A stretch of 63,994 nucleotides of DNA, filler included, from Catajapyx aquilonaris (lineage: Eukaryota): NCBI GenBank assembly GCA_000934665.2. It is 3 parts of 3 records of this genome, joined end to end, with 100 filler letters (N's around TTAATTAATTAA, not from the genome) between each part and the next. Parts side by side here need not be neighbours in the genome. Positions count along the whole stretch, not along the records: positions 1 to 21,424 come from JYFJ02006056.1; 2 more parts are not named here. One strand, given 5' to 3'. Each line of letters starts with the position of its first letter. Positions within the stretch are counted from its first letter, which is position 1. The notes under the pieces were generated by a model. The model made no database searches and was not told where the DNA came from. It saw only the letters and a program-made list of their open reading frames with translations. Position numbers and translations under genes: made by a program. Shown piece by piece: positions 1 to 12,500 of this stretch.

Positions 1-243
1 AGCGGCCTGTTTTGTTGATAGATGGCGCTCGGATAGTAACCAACGATGCAATGTGTCATAACCTGACAACAGCAGAGCCATCTAGCAACTAAAGTATGCC
101 TCCTAGGAGACGCGCGGATAGTCAACAGCGGTTCTGTTGTTGCCAGGTTATGGCGTCATATCGCGTTGTTGTTTGCGTACAACGACGCGATACGACATAA
201 CCTGGCAACAACTGGGCGCCATCTATCAACAAAACAGTCCGCT
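1..243. mobile_element. Nested palindromic MITE-like foldback
   Basis: 1-28 (agcggcctgttttgttgatagatggcgc) pairs with about 216-243 (gcgccatctatcaacaaaacagtccgct). An inner hairpin gttgttgccaggttatg...cataacctggcaacaac lies at about 136-212. The left end may be cut by the window edge. Confidence 0.6.
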
Positions 244-1879
244 CTCTTAGCGCCTCTCGCCTGACGCGTCTGAGCGCACCCGTTCCTTGTCTATGAACCC
301 CCTCTAGATGGCGTTTCCGGACACGGGTTCCTATGTCAAAAATACTTGTCTTGGTCCCCTCTATTATCCCTGAAAGTCTTTGCAGAGTTACAATAGACAC
401 CCTGTATATTCCTTGTATTGTGATGCAATAAACAGCGAACAGTTCTTTATTGCGGAAAGAAATACTGTTATCGTACTGTACAATCAAACCAAAATATCAA
501 ATCCACCAATGTACAATCAGCTCAGAGTATCAAATTGAATCTCTATATGTGCGTAATTACATTCGACCCTCTAATTACATCCTAATTTAATTACAATAAA
601 ATCAAATCCATCAATGCATGTTCAAAACAAAAATCAAATCGATCAACGTACAGTCAAATCATAATAAATCCAATACATCAATGCAGCCACTGTACGATCA
701 AATCAAAATATTAAATCAAATCTACATATGTGCCTAATTATATACGTACATATACTCGTACATACTGCCGCAGGATGTGAAATATTTCCAAGACCTTCAT
801 CGAAACGTGGACGCAACAGCGCCAATAACACTATCACTGTGCATCACTTTCTATCTCTCTCCAGCCGACAACAGGTTTGAACCGGGCCTGTTTGGCCGAA
901 TGCAAGTGTCAAACATGTGTGACACTCCCGACTACCAATTTTTCCATGATTAGGAACACCTGGCGCGATATGAGCGATGACGCGTTACCTTACTACGTGG
1001 TAGCCGGGTCACGAAATGCTTCCAGAAACACGTGTTGACTTCTCCTCTGCACAGCAGAAGCCAATTTTTGCCAGCTCTGGGTAAACGGAGCAATTTCAGA
1101 AACTTTTACCTCTACAGAGAGTATTGGCGCCAGGAGGTGGGGTGCCAGTATTTTGGAAATAGCTGCACTTGTTGGCTGTTCCCATATCACGGTGTATACC
1201 AACTATTGGAACCATGAAAAAACATCCAGCTAAAATTAACCTAGCACACAACCCACCTGCTGAAATTTCCTTTATCCAGGCTAGTATACAGCGGATTTTT
1301 CAGGTTGCTCGACTTCTTCACGGGCATGATGCAAATGGTCTTGGGATGAAAGCAGGCTGAAATGTGACCTTTCTGACTGCCACAGCTTGTTCTTCCCAGT
1401 ACAACGCTCGGTGGCTCTGGAAAAAAAGTCAGATTATTCATGTGACACTGACAAAATTATTATTGCAAGTTCACAACCTTAAATGCAAACTTCTTGTAAG
1501 TCCACCATTCTGTGTTTAATGAAGCTAGACTTACAAGAAATAATCACACAAAACATGTACTTTCGTTTAAAAATTCATCCCCGCTAACGATTATCATAGC
1601 ATTCCATTTTTCAACATCGTTCGCAGAGATGCAAGTAGTCTTAATGTGTGCAACCACATCAGACATTTTACTGCTGCACAAATACTTTCTTGATTGATTT
1701 TCAAAGTTCTAAATGTACAGGCGTAACTCATTAACACAGTGTACTTGCTTCGGCGAAAATGGGAAAGCACTAACACAACAGCTTCATGTCCAAACATCCG
1801 CCATAAAGCAAATCGCAACTTTCTTTTTCGCTTGCTAGAGCATATAAAAGCCTTAAAATATGTTTACCATCAATGATAA

Positions 1880-2358
1880 CGTCGCTGTTCTGACAAAACC
1901 TCGTAAGCGCCACCAGGCGCCAATTACGTTTTATTGCACTTTGAGAACAATCTGGCACCCTTTACGTCTGGCGAAAACGTCGTAACCGTTGGCCCAATGG
2001 AAAAGCTCCATGCGGTCACATGGCCAAAACACGTATCCGGTTGGAAGCCTTTCCGTGCGCAAAACCCAAGGCAAAACCACGTAAGCAACAGTTCTGTCGT
2101 GACAGCTGAGCACGTGGTAGAACCCCTACATCAATCTTGGAGTGCAAGCTAGGAATAATAGGGCCATTCACACACGCCACCAAAATCATGATCTTCTCAC
2201 CGGGTTACAACAAAGTATAATCATGATCTTGGTGGCGTGTGTGAATGGCCCTATTGGCTCATAATTTTATTACGACTCATGCCTTCAAAAAACGGTTTTT
2301 TGTGTCTCCTGTGAAATTTGTTTTTTGTCGCTTACGAGGTTTTGTCAGAACAGCGACG
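1880..2358. mobile_element. Non-autonomous DNA transposon (MITE), 30-bp TIRs, 4-bp ATAA TSD
   Basis: cgtcgctgttctgacaaaacctcgtaagcg at 1880 and its reverse complement ending at 2358, flanked by ATAA (1876-1879 and 2359-2362). Confidence 0.75.
2161..2251. mobile_element. 91-bp MITE nested inside the 1880-2358 element
   Basis: TIRs gggccattcacacacgccaccaa / ttggtggcgtgtgtgaatggccc, TA on both flanks. The terminus resembles the 2513-2693 element. Confidence 0.7.
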
Positions 2359-2512
2359 ATAAGTAGCTCTAGGGAAAAAATAGGGGGTAAGCAACAATAA
2401 CTTTCTTTAAATGGGTCCGGTTGGCTTGCTCAAATTAGATTCGACTCAGCTGGTGTGCATGTGCACCGCAAGAGCAATGCAATCACCAAACATAATAAAA
2501 AAAGCGCTATTA

Positions 2513-2693
2513 AGGCCCATTCACACAGGGTGTCGACGGTTTTGGTTTTAGGTCTCGTCGACGCTGCGGACCAATCAGAGCGGGCCCTCACGGTAACCAT
2601 GACGCGTTGTTTACGTGAGGGCCCGCTCCGATTGGTCTGCGGCGTCGACGAGACCTAAAACCAAAACCGCTGACACCCTGTGTGAATGGGCCT
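2513..2693. mobile_element. PIF/Harbinger-type MITE (near-complete hairpin)
   Basis: aggcccattcacacagggtgtc...gacaccctgtgtgaatgggcct with about 80-bp arms and a TTA TSD at 2510-2512 and 2694-2696. Confidence 0.8.
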
Positions 2694-4011
2694 TTACATA
2701 AGCCCAGCCAAATGATCATTCAGATGAAAACGAACGACAGGTTTGTGCAAGATCTTACACACAAAACGAAGGCTGTACTAGTGTGACATCCTGACTGTTG
2801 GCCATTAGATCACTCGACACAGTCGCAGTGTGCTTTTGTTCCGCTCCACAAAACGGACGCTCATGCTTCAGTTTAACCTTTTGGCATGCATTGTGCACCC
2901 TATTGCAGCCGGTAATCGCAGCCAGCGTGCACCGAGCAACATTGCGACTGTGCGCGGGCTGGCCCCCGGTCCTCCTGCCTCAGACCTGCCCCTGTGTAAA
3001 CTGGTAATGCCCAGAGAGGCAAGCATGCCCCTTTCCACCATGTATACCCAGACCTTAGATGTATACCTGCAGTATTACCTTCCCCAGAGTGGTCTCCATT
3101 CCAACAACAAAAGGGTGAGTCCCCAAGCACCCCAAGCCGAAGAGGAATGTGGACCTTTGACCGAATGACCGGTGGCTGTGCATGGCGGAAGTAAAGCCCC
3201 TACTTATCCCCCACTCATTCCAGTCTGTGGGGGAACCGTGGGGGAACTGCATGCCATTGGTTGGACTAAAAATGGCGGTCGCTCTTATTTCCAAGCCTGG
3301 TTGCCTTGGCGTCCCCCTCCCCACCCCCTGCTCCCTCCCATTCCGTCTCACCCCGCCAGCCAAGCCGGTTCCGCTCTGCACTGCTGCTCTGCCCGCTGCT
3401 CTGCCCCCGGTCCAACGCGGGGCAGACCCCCTCCATCATGGAACAGAGGTGAGTCTGGAGGGTACGCACAGGGTGGGGGCCAAGCACCATTCTTTTTGTT
3501 CATTTTTGGGGCTTTTTTTCCTCATGGTTGGAACAGTGGGTGGTTGCTTCGTTGGTAGGGTCTGAGCCTGCAATGCTCCGCAGACCAAGCCGCACCATGG
3601 GGGCATTTGCACCGGTTTGCGCTCATTAGCATCGGTTGCGTACTGTGTGAAGTAAGACCAGGCGGACCGGTCAAGTATAAGCTGATGTGGTGAAGCGGAT
3701 CGCAGGCCTTTTATTATCATGTGCTGGTGCATATGAGCACCTTAAAGTATGGGGATGTTGAGTGCAGAGTGGCGCTAGGCCTACAATCATGTAAAATTAA
3801 CCGTAACCCTCACACGATTCGAGTCGGACTCGGCTGATGTGCACTTGCACCGCAAAAGAAAGGAAGGGGGTAAAAAACGATTGAGACTGCAAACAATGAA
3901 AGGCGCACGGTTAGCGTCATAGAGCGAGGTATGTCGACAATTTTGAGGGCTGTATTACACAGATTAGATATGCTGCTTGCGTAATTGATGACTTAACAGT
4001 TATGCGCCTCT

Positions 4012-4832
4012 CGCGGCCAATTTAGGCCTGCCATCAAAATGGTGGCGTTATACAAGGTGCAGTCATTAAGTTCGAAGCCCGAATTAAATCACCATTTAAC
4101 ATAGCACGGCCAAATATTTATGGCACATTGAGAGACTCTTTAGGGTGCAGAGGGGGAAAAAAAGAGGGCACTGGCTCATATTCGATAATAGTTCTGGTCG
4201 TTTTCCCGAGAGGGCGTGTGGGAGTTCGGCGATGGGAATAAGTAACACAAAATGGCGCCTGAGCGGAGGTTTGAGGAGCAACGCAACTCAATCAAATTTT
4301 GTGTGTTGCTGGGCCATACTCCCCAGGAAACACTGGGCATGTTGAGGAAGGCATACGGCAAATGTGCTGCTCTCTCATGGCCGGCTGTAAAAAAGTGGCA
4401 TCGGCGTTTCCGGGAGGGCCGAGAGACAACATCGAACAATCCTCGCAGCGGGTGGCCCATCACTAGTCGAGACGCCGAGGCCACTTTTTTACAGCCGGCC
4501 ATGAGAGAGCAGCACATTTGCCGTACGCCTTCCTCAACATGCCCAGTGTTTCCTGGGGAGTATGGCCCAGCAACACACAAAATTTGATTGAGTTGCATTG
4601 CTCCTCAAACCTCCGCTCAAGCGCCATTTTGTGTTACTTATTCTCATCGCCAAACTCCCGTGCGCCCTCTCGGGAAAATGACCAGAACTATTATCGAATA
4701 TGAGCCAGCGCCCTCTTTTTTTTTCCCTCTACACCCTAAAGAGACTCTCGATGTGCCATAAATATTTGGCTGTGCTGGATTAAAGGGGCACATACAACAC
4801 CGCCATTTTGATGGCAGGCCAAATTTGGCTGC
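4012..4832. mobile_element. Mariner-derived foldback (two inverted 5' halves) with truncated transposase HTH ORF
   Basis: ORF 4252-4587 (EQRNSIKFCVLLGHTPQETLGMLRKAYG...VKKWHRRFREGRE...PRSGWP) resembles the mariner transposase N-terminal HTH. About 4100-4430 is the reverse complement of about 4470-4780. A mariner-like TIR tacaaggtgcagtcattaagttcg lies at about 4051. Confidence 0.8.
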
Positions 4833-6429
4833 TAGAGGTGTGTAACTGGGAAGTCCTAAATTGTTTAATGCTTTAGGAAGTAGAGTGCGAGCATTTGAAA
4901 GCAATACATTTGGACTCATTAGTTGAGTGGTGTGGGTTAGGCTTACTTTCCAAGCTTCCCGGACTCAGGAAAGTGAAAATTTCACGGTCGGTTTTGAAAA
5001 TGGCGTTTAAAACAATATCTGGATTTGTGAAAATGTTTAGGAAACAAAGGAGAGGAAGTTTTGGGGTTGAAATTTGTACAGTGAGAACAACTAGTTTGTA
5101 GTGTTTCGTAAATATAAAAAATCTCACCTGCAAACCTTTTTGCTGCGTCTAAAAGGACATTTGATTACATGTTCCCACCTCATTTCAATTGGTGTGCATA
5201 ATTCTTAGACGGTTAGGTTTTGACATGTGCAGTATTTAATTTTGGGTATGTTTCCAGGACCATGGCACCAGTGAAGTTTCTCCAAGACCAGCTTTTGCTC
5301 TTCAAGAATCACCTGGGCATACTGGATGACGACAATGCAGCAGGCACACTTCCATTGCTTATTGCACGCCAGGCTTTTTTCTGCAGGTGAGCTAGTTAAT
5401 GAGGTTTTGTTTCAGCCTGTGTTATACAGATTGTGTTCTAAAGGCCTCTTCCCACTGGCACAATTTTTGTTCTGGACGAAATGCAAGCCAGAACAATTTT
5501 TGTTCTTTGACAATTTTGTGCAGCACAAATTTAAACACCTGTTCTAACCAAGATAATTTTTGTTCTCTTCACAAGAACTTGAGAAAAGAAGGCTGGAAAG
5601 TGTAAAGTTCTGCATGCATTTGATTTAAACTTGAACCCCCCATCCGAAAATGATTTTGCTTAATTTAACCGTCAGTTGCGCTTGAATTATTGCAAAATAA
5701 TTCAGATCAGTCCACTGCCTGATGGCCTTGTGGGGTTGGCCATTTTGGATTACCATTTCGTGCCGGGCACAATTTGTGAAAAGTTCGAAATTTTGTACTT
5801 TGGAATAATTCCTAATTGTGTTGAGTTCGTGCTTGAAAATTATGGCGGTGGAAACCGGCCTTAAATCTTGCAGGGATTGTTGTATTGCGATTTTCTTGTG
5901 CTCAGTATCCAAAATGGAAAATAATTTTGGGTCCATGCCACGAATAATTTCTTTTTTTCTCGCTGAGAAGTAATTCTTCCGGGGTTGATTTTGATGCTAG
6001 AATCATAATTTTTAGTTCACCTAATTCAAAATAATAGAATGTAAGTTAAACACAGGTCATGTGACTTGTGCAAATGCAAGTATGGAAATACATTCACAAT
6101 GTTTTAATTATGAAAGTAGCCATGAACATTCTCTTATTGATTTTAAAAATTGTCATGGATTTAGTGAATAATGCCCAATTTATAGAGATTCGGATTTTTT
6201 TCCCCCTAAAACTAATTTAGTAATAGCAGGGGTCGAAATATTCGGATACAAAGGTGCAATGTGCACTCCCAAAATTATCTGCACTCCAAACTGAGACTTG
6301 GAGTGCAACTTTTGTACTCCTCCCTTAAAATATTTTTCCAGTGAAAATTTCACTCAAAAAATGAGTACTGTTGGAAAATGTCATTTTTGAGTGAATTTCC
6401 TTGGCAAAGATTTGCTTTACCTCAAATTG

Positions 6430-7000
6430 AGTGACAACCAATGTAATTCTTCTTACCCTCCTGAATTTTGAAAATGTTGGATTTTCTAATTGAGAAAACA
6501 TCACCTCAGCTGCTAATTACCAAGGTGAAAATACAGCCAAAAGGCGATGTTCCGAACCCACAACACCTGTATCCGGTCGCGAGTCACCGGCCAGCGCCAA
6601 CGAGGGATAAATAGGGTACAGGCAGGCCGTAAAGGTCCGCCATCTTTGATGGTTTTGGCCGTGGCAGTTCACGGAAGAACACGCTCGAATCTGAATTTTT
6701 TGCCATATGAGCTCCTTTCGTGCACTTTTCTACATATTAATTCCGTAAGTACGGCAAAAATATTCTAATTCGAGTGTGTTCTTGCCGCCAAAACCATCAA
6801 AGATGGGGGACCTTTACGGCCAGCCTGTACCCTATTATCCCTCGTTGGCACTGGCCGGCGACTCGCTGTACTTTCACCCTGCTAACGTGGAAATTAGCAG
6901 CGAAGGTGATGTTTTATCAATACTATAGGCCAAGCAGAATGAGAAAATCCAAAAATTTTCCAAATTCACGACGGTAAGAAGAGTTACTTTGGTTGTGAGT
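6430..7000. mobile_element. Foldback/MITE with long imperfect inverted arms
   Basis: cgagtcaccggccagcgccaacgagggataaatagggtacaggc (about 6580-6625) pairs with gcctgtaccctattatccctcgttggcactggccggcgactcg (about 6823-6866). The arms extend outward; no TSD was identified and the bounds are approximate. Confidence 0.6.
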
Positions 7001-7790
7001 GAAAATCACTCAAGAGATAGTGATTTTCACTCAAAACGAAAGGAAAAATACTTACATTTCTTTGAGTGCACAGTTAGTCCTGCTTTTAAGGTGGAAATGA
7101 AGCTAGAGTCACTTAATGAGAATTTTATGAAAAAAACATATGTTACGCAGTTTTATGTCTCTTATCAATGGTGCGAAGAAAAATACACGTCACCGTGCAA
7201 ATTAGCGAAATGGAGGGCTCAGAAGTTCGCGATTTAACATGGACCCTTATGGCAGAATTTTCAATAGTCCACAAAAAAATCATAAGTAAATGAGAATTTT
7301 AAAATTTAATGTGGAATATGTCGGGAATTATATACTGATCGTAACCGCAAAAAGAAAAACCTTCCTCACCGTGCTCTTTCAATTTGTATTGTTGAAAAAC
7401 GATCCGAAAAGGATCCAGTGACGTCACATTGCTCCACTCGAGTGAGGAAGTGGCCAGGAATTCTAGTTTCTGTGGAACCCCACCCCCTAATTGCAATTAA
7501 TACAAACCGTCAAGGTCAAATCTGCCTGCGGGCAGAAGGTTAATTTTTTATAACTGATTTTAGCCATGTTAAAAAGCAGCACCAACTTCGTATTACAAAT
7601 TTCAAGTCTTCGACCATGATAATGTGCCCCTCCCCAAAATCTGATGTTTTGCCCGACTTCTGTGTGAGGCGCATCTAGGGTTCTCCTAATTCTGCAGTAT
7701 TCCTAGACTGAAATACTCTGTCATTTATGGCTGAGAGGTGTTGTAACTTGTTAGTGAGAAGGCAGTTGTATTCTGGTGAAGTCTCCATGT

Positions 7791-8591
7791 CAAGGGGTTA
7801 ATCACTCGCCGTATTCCCTGTACATCAGTTCCGTATTCCGGCGAAAAAGGTTGTCACCATGTGGTTCCAAGTGTGGTTCTTGTTTGCTTAATCATGGGGT
7901 GGCCATGTTACTAACTTATAATCAGGGTAGTGAACCGAACCAAACCAAGCCCTTGCTCCTTGAACCCGATAACATCGGAGCCACTCCGGAGCGAGCGTCG
8001 GAACTTGGTTCAGGTTTGAGCCCGTTCGGGGGGAGAGTGAGTCCAGAGTGTAGCTGGGAGCTTGCCAGCTTGCTCCGGAGCATGGTTCGGGCCAACGCCT
8101 CCTGAGTTGAACCTGGTTCCGGAGGGTGGTTCGGAATGGTTCAGAGCTTGGTTAAGTCCAACATACCAACGCAAGGGGGGGAAAGGGAGAAAAACCACTG
8201 GATTTACTCCAGCGTATGCGTCATGTTTTCATGGTGGGAGAATGACATTTCCAAGCACCCGCGATACAGGGTGTACCGCAAATGTCACATTTTTATGTCA
8301 TGCGCATTTTTGTATGTTATAGTATGCCATACGCATTTGTTGTATGTCACATTTTCATGGCATACGCATTTTTTGTATGTTACAATATCATATTGTAACA
8401 TACAACAAATGCGTATGACATGAAAATGCGACATCCAAAAATGGGTATGACATATTGTAACATACAAAAAATGTGTGTGACAAAAATTTGGCATACAACA
8501 AATGCATGTGACATACAACTAATGCGTATGACATGAAAATGTGACATCCAAAAATCTTTGTACACGAAATTGATGAGTGATTGACCCCTTG
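7791..8591. mobile_element. Non-autonomous DNA transposon with 8-bp TSD (P- or hAT-like)
   Basis: TIRs caaggggttaatcactc / gagtgattgaccccttg, perfect TSD ctccatgt (7783-7790 and 8592-8599). Internal palindromic tandem block at about 8280-8550. Confidence 0.8.
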
Positions 8592-8949
8592 CTCCATGTG
8601 CTGTGCTCATGTTGTTAGGTCACCCAGAACAATTCATCTAAATTCAGTTGTATGACAATCATGATGTTCACTGTTAGTCACATAGTCTATTACCAAAATC
8701 CAACTGCTATCATGCTCAATATGCTGAACAGCCAAAAATTAAGCGAAGCGTTTTGGTGTTGGTATATCAGACATGAAATCAACCTATCTTCCCAAAATGT
8801 ATGGGGATAGGGTCCCCCATGTGTGTATTCAATTTGAAGAGATGTAGGTAAATTTAAATGGCTAATTTGGATAACATGGCACATAATTATGATAATACTC
8901 TGGCTTTTTCTCACACTTATCCATTTCTTCACAGGCATACACAGATGAA

Positions 8950-9400
8950 GTCTGCGGTCTACCTCTGACTTGTTGGAAAGGGATCCGAGTCCAGTCGCCC
9001 TCCTGATGTGTGGTGGCGAGGTGCAGCTCCGATCCGAAATTTTGGTCCAAATCGTCGTCTATGAAGACTGTGCCCAAGGTGGACATAACCAACTTCAAGT
9101 GATGTCACAGTTGATGTGAGCTGGTTTTTAAAAAAGAAAAAAGAAAAAGAAACAGAAAACCACAACTATTACTGGAGGACTGAATGGAAGGAGGCCTTTG
9201 GGACAGTGGGGTGGGATGTGGGCTTCAATCCTCTAACCATCAAGAGATCCCTTGCGGGATACTGGCGGGGACAACGCTCTGATTAAGGCTTCATCAACCA
9301 ACAACAACCGTGGCCCTCTTCTTTCCCGAGATGTACCATCTGTAACCTGGGATGGCCAAGTGCAGCTATGATCCGAAGATCTGGTCCAAATCAGTGCAAG
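8950..9400 (-). pseudogene. Possible decayed ankyrin-like repeat fragments (two related units)
   Basis: The minus strand reads DDDLDQNFGSELHLAT (about 9010-9060) and a second copy DLDQIFGS*LHLAI (about 9350-9395). The LHLA motif is ankyrin-like. Confidence 0.3.
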
Positions 9401-9526
9401 GCGACCTTATCCAGCTGGGTCCATTTGAGGCACTGCACCTTACTTATGGCTTTTGTTACACCTTAAAGACCCTGTTATTATTAAGACTGGGGGGAATAAG
9501 GGACAAAATGCACAGCAACAAATAAT

Positions 9527-9925
9527 TTGGTTTATTACAGGGCTGCTCAAAATGGGCATGTAAAGACGTGCACGATGCTGATTGAGTCGGCTCATGATGA
9601 GAACCAAGACCAGGCCATTCGTTGGGCAGTATGGCATAGACACGAGGAAGTGGTGAGAATCCTTCTCAGTGTTGGTGCCACCAGAAATGATCCCGGGTTT
9701 CGTAAGATTCACTGCACGGCCAGGTCAGTAACAGCCGTGTAGAAATCGCCAAGTTTTTACTCAACCAAGGTGCACACATCGAGGCCAGAGCTGACCAGAT
9801 CTGCCTACGCAATCAAATGTGTGTACGACTACGAGGTCCAGACTATACACTTGGCAGCCAAGACTGGCAGCTGGAAATGGCCAAGATGTTTCTGGAGAAC
9901 GGTGCGCAGCTGGAGACCACCAATA
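9527..9925 (+). pseudogene. Decayed ankyrin-repeat gene fragment
   Basis: Frameshifted ankyrin-consensus pieces: YRAAQNGHVKTCTMLIES, AIRWAVWHRHEEVVRILLSVGA, IHLAAKTG/LEMAKMFLENGAQLE. Confidence 0.65.
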
Positions 9926-11499
9926 AAGATCTCGCAGTTTACCAGCCCCTGTCCCCAACTTCTGTGATGCCAAAACCTCTTGTCATTCTTGTGCTTGTGT
10001 TCTCCAGAGATTCTTGATTTTTTTTTTTTTGGTCCCGTCCGCATCCAGGTCCATGATACCAATTTCTTGTGTGGAGGATGCAAAAGCCACATCTCGCAAC
10101 TCTAGTTTCTGTAATTGTCGCTGGTTTCCGCTTAGCTCAATTAAGATGCCCCCCACCCCCGAACTACGCTCCCACTTGCAACTCACTACTTCCGCTATCT
10201 ACATATGCAAGTCGGGTACACTGAAAGTAGCAAGTGCACTCAGTTGTGTAGACGTGACATTACTTAGCATAATATTTCCTGTCCCTTTACCGTCCTCAAC
10301 CACGTTGAGCTGCTAGACAGTATATTACTTAAAGGGATTGTTATTCATCATTAAGCAAAGAAGTAAGTGTCCGTAAATCATACGTCACGGGCCATGGTTT
10401 TCAAGTGTAGTGGCAGTTCTGCCTAGATTGGCAGCAATTTCTGCCATCCCGGCTCCTTGTTGGTCTTGGTTTTCGACCAATCATTCCAGCTATGTTATAA
10501 GGATAGCTTGTTGCATTACAACTTGGTGGGTAGTGTCTGCAGCGTGTTGTCATAATATATCTTGTGGTGTTGGAAGCAGCACTTTCCTCGGGCCTTTCCT
10601 GCTTATGTTTATGAGAAAGCCAATTCAAAAGTAGCTTGAAAATCATTTCAACTCAAAAGAGCAATGATACTTGAATGAGCTTATGCGGATATAGGCGTGT
10701 GAGAAAGAGGTGTAATGTGGTGTCTTCCCATGTCGTTTGTATGAGGTGCATGTCAATCACCTGGGTGGAATAACACGTCCAGGTAATTTTTTACTGGGCT
10801 TGTTGGTATGTCTTAATTTCTGCCTTAAAACCCAAGCTTTTATGATATATTGAGAGTAAGAAGATGATGGCATGCTGGTAAAATGGTGCGTGACCGTACT
10901 TAAGAAATGGTAGTGAGGTCTAGTTATGTATGAACTGCCCTGAAATGGAACCACCCAGGATTGGGATAGGGTAACTTTAATCTCATGTGATTTATGCATT
11001 GACATTTTGAGACCCTTTCCTATTATAACCGGATATACTCGTACTACTTGTAGTCCTTTTTACCAATGTTATGTGGGGGTGGGTAGGTGTGTACTGAGTA
11101 CTTCTAAGCAGCTATTATTTTCTAGACCCTTGGCTGCAAGTTCTTCGAATTTTCATTAAGGAAGGAGGTTTTGCTCGTTGTCTATGACTGAGCCCATTGC
11201 AGAATGTTTCCAGCATCCATTTCGTCAGCAGTGGTGGCCTGAAACATTGTTTTCTAATAATTCCACATTGCACGATTATTACACGTGATTGTACCTGCAT
11301 TTCTTCATGATGCAAAAAAATGTTGGCCCCAGCTAATGTCCTTGGTTGCTTCGGCTAGAAATGAGAGTCTGTAGCAAAGGACCGCTCTTAACCAATGAAA
11401 ATAGATACTGGCTAAAGGTTGAATTTTTGTTTTGTGCAGCGCAATTGTCAGAAAAGATATAGTGACCTGTGGTGAAAGGAGGTTTTCAATATAGTGATG

Positions 11500-12190
11500 T
11501 AGGGTGGAGACGCTTGCATTGGGTCCCTTTCTACCTATTGTCCCATGATACATGTACATTTTAGCCTCACCAGTTTTCCCTGTGTGAACACATTGATCAC
11601 CCACAGGTGGCGGCAATGAAATATTTCGCCACATGTTGAAGTTTGTTTGGGCAAATTCTGTTGGTAGTCTATGAAGAGAACCTCAACATTCAGATTACTC
11701 TTACTTCACCCAAGCCGGGAGGTTTTTCTTGCAAGGTTTGCTATAAATGGTTGTATGCTTTATAATACATTGAATGAGTAGGTCCCATTTAGTGGTCAGT
11801 AAAATCTGGATGTTATGAATTGTTGCCTGAAATATGAGAATTAATGCGGAAGAGCGCGTGGAGTTTTGACGTGTTTTAAAAACCAAATGGGCCAGTTCTG
11901 CTACCGGGCATATTTATCTAGTGGAGGTCTTTCTTCTGTCTGTCTTCTGTATCACAGTCCACCCTCCTCCATCCGTCACCATGTCACAATACACCTGAGG
12001 ACACGACAACACGAAATGTAGCTTGCAGTCATTCAGTGTGAATGCAACTTTTTTTTATGCGAGTCTCACCTGGACATATTTTCCAGAGATTGTCACGGTG
12101 TACACCCCAGATGTTTCGTATCCTCGTTGATGAAGGTTGCCAGGATTTTCTTCTGTACCTGCTCTTGGACCTCCTCTGTAAACATTCCAT
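11500..12190 (-). pseudogene. Decayed fibrinogen-related domain (FReD) gene fragment
   Basis: RGYETSGVYTVTISGKYVQ, a GT-AG intron (about 12069-11996), then VYCDMVTDGGGW(+1 frameshift)TVIQK, the hallmark FReD N-terminal motif. Downstream sequence is degenerate. Confidence 0.7.
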
Positions 12191-12361
12191 CCTGCTTCCA
12201 GCAAATTGAAAGACATAGTAGATGACTTCAGGTGGGCCATTTGACAGGATTTCTTCCTTGTTTGCCTGGAGGGTGTAACAATGCTTCGTCCATCATAATG
12301 GCGAATATGAAATCCACTTCAACTAGCTCTTCGTGAAGTCTCCTGTGCAAATTATCATATC

Positions 12362-12500
12362 TCAGCACACTGCTGAGAAAATAAGTAAAACGGCTTCCAT
12401 CGTCATCTGAGGGTTAGCTTTCTCCACATTTTCCCTCTGGTCCTCACAGAAGACTACATAAGGGAATTCAGTGCTTGCGGGAGCTGGAGCTTTGGGCTCC
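12362..12500 (-). pseudogene. Truncated HMG-box-like fragment
   Basis: PKAP...PYVVFCEDQRENVEKANPQMTMEAVLLIFSAVC* resembles HMG-box helices 1-2 (F..FC...R..VK..NP......V...L...W) and ends in a stop. Confidence 0.5.

Noticed and set aside
2830..3565. GC-rich overlapping ORFs of 108-128 aa
   Set aside because: No recognisable motif or splice chain; probably repeat-derived.
8280..8550. Repeat array as a possible CRISPR
   Set aside because: Degenerate units with no unique spacers, inverted halfway, inside a DNA transposon in eukaryotic DNA.
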